DNA from: Octopus sinensis
Taxonomy: Eukaryota
Length of the DNA stretch: 64,000 nucleotides
Assembly (NCBI RefSeq): GCF_006345805.1
Contig: NC_043000.1
Coordinates: 109,864,001-109,928,000, forward strand
Reading direction: 5' to 3'
Shown here: positions 63,412-64,000 of the stretch, piece by piece
Position numbering within the stretch: position 1 is the stretch's first letter
Layout of the letters: each line of letters starts with the position of its first letter
Notes under the pieces: generated by a model
Told to the model about the DNA's origin: nothing
Databases searched by the model: none
Seen by the model: only the letters and a program-made list of their open reading frames with translations
Position numbers and translations under genes: made by a program

Positions 63412-64000
63412 GTTTCATTATTAAGATGGTGTTCCTTGTTTCAATTTATTTCGAAAATAATGAAGAAATTAGTAAAATAACTTTGTTGTTAATTAAGCTG
63501 GTGTTTGGAACATAAATGAACCTGAAATTTTGATGGAAGACGGTTTTAATTTCGGTCACTTTAAAACAAGAAACTTGTATCACCAGAGTGGTGTTAGATG
63601 AGTTGGTTTTGGTGACTGAGAGTACAAGACTTGCCCCTGAATAAGATGCCAGTCCATCACAGGGTTAACCTCCATTTATCACTGGTACTCGTTTCCAGCA
63701 GAATGGATTGGTGCATGAAATGAAGTGGCTTGCTCAAGGAAGCAATGTGCTGTCTGGCCCCAGATTTAAACCTATGACCTAACACTTGTTAATCTCAATA
63801 CCCGAACCAGTAGGCCACACCTAGTGAATGATGAAAGCATTAATGAATGATGAGCAATAATGACCCCAAGAGAGGGGAAAATGGGTGCAGTGACAATCAT
63901 GCCTCTCCCACGAGGAACAGGGGTTGTTGCTTATGCCTGCTGTAAAAACATCTGCACATTAAATGAGTCATTGTGGAAACAGGTGCCTTACTTGGAAACA

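Overview
AT-rich, repeat-dense eukaryotic DNA. The SINE/LINE families suggest a cephalopod (octopus-like) genome, which is an inference. Host genes: (1) the 3' half of a + strand ZNF385/ZMAT-like gene with matrin-type C2H2 fingers. Six phase-compatible exons span 1110-9785, including a 93-nt basic cassette exon and a 24-nt microexon, probably followed by a 3'UTR intron and a long 3'UTR holding a perfect 30-bp hairpin. (2) A promoter and signal-peptide first exon at about 44.4-45.06 kb (+); no further exon was found, so the rest of the window is probably its intron 1. Mobile DNA: many tRNA-derived SINEs and RTE-LINE 3' ends, a 5'-truncated CR1-type LINE, a 5'-inverted (twin-primed) RTE copy with a 14-bp TSD, a TTAA piggyBac-type MITE and a deleted mariner. 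The main feature is a 4.8-kb Penelope-like element (RT + GIY-YIG) in a (TA)n tract, with 1.1-kb inverted arms. Each arm carries a minimal hammerhead ribozyme with a U3:A8 covariant core, and a U_UUU_UUA slippery heptamer sits exactly at the ORF1/RT frame junction. A separate ~260-bp non-coding foldback element at 42.2 kb also carries a hammerhead core, suggesting non-autonomous ribozyme-bearing mini-elements. All coordinates were read by eye and no database searches were run.
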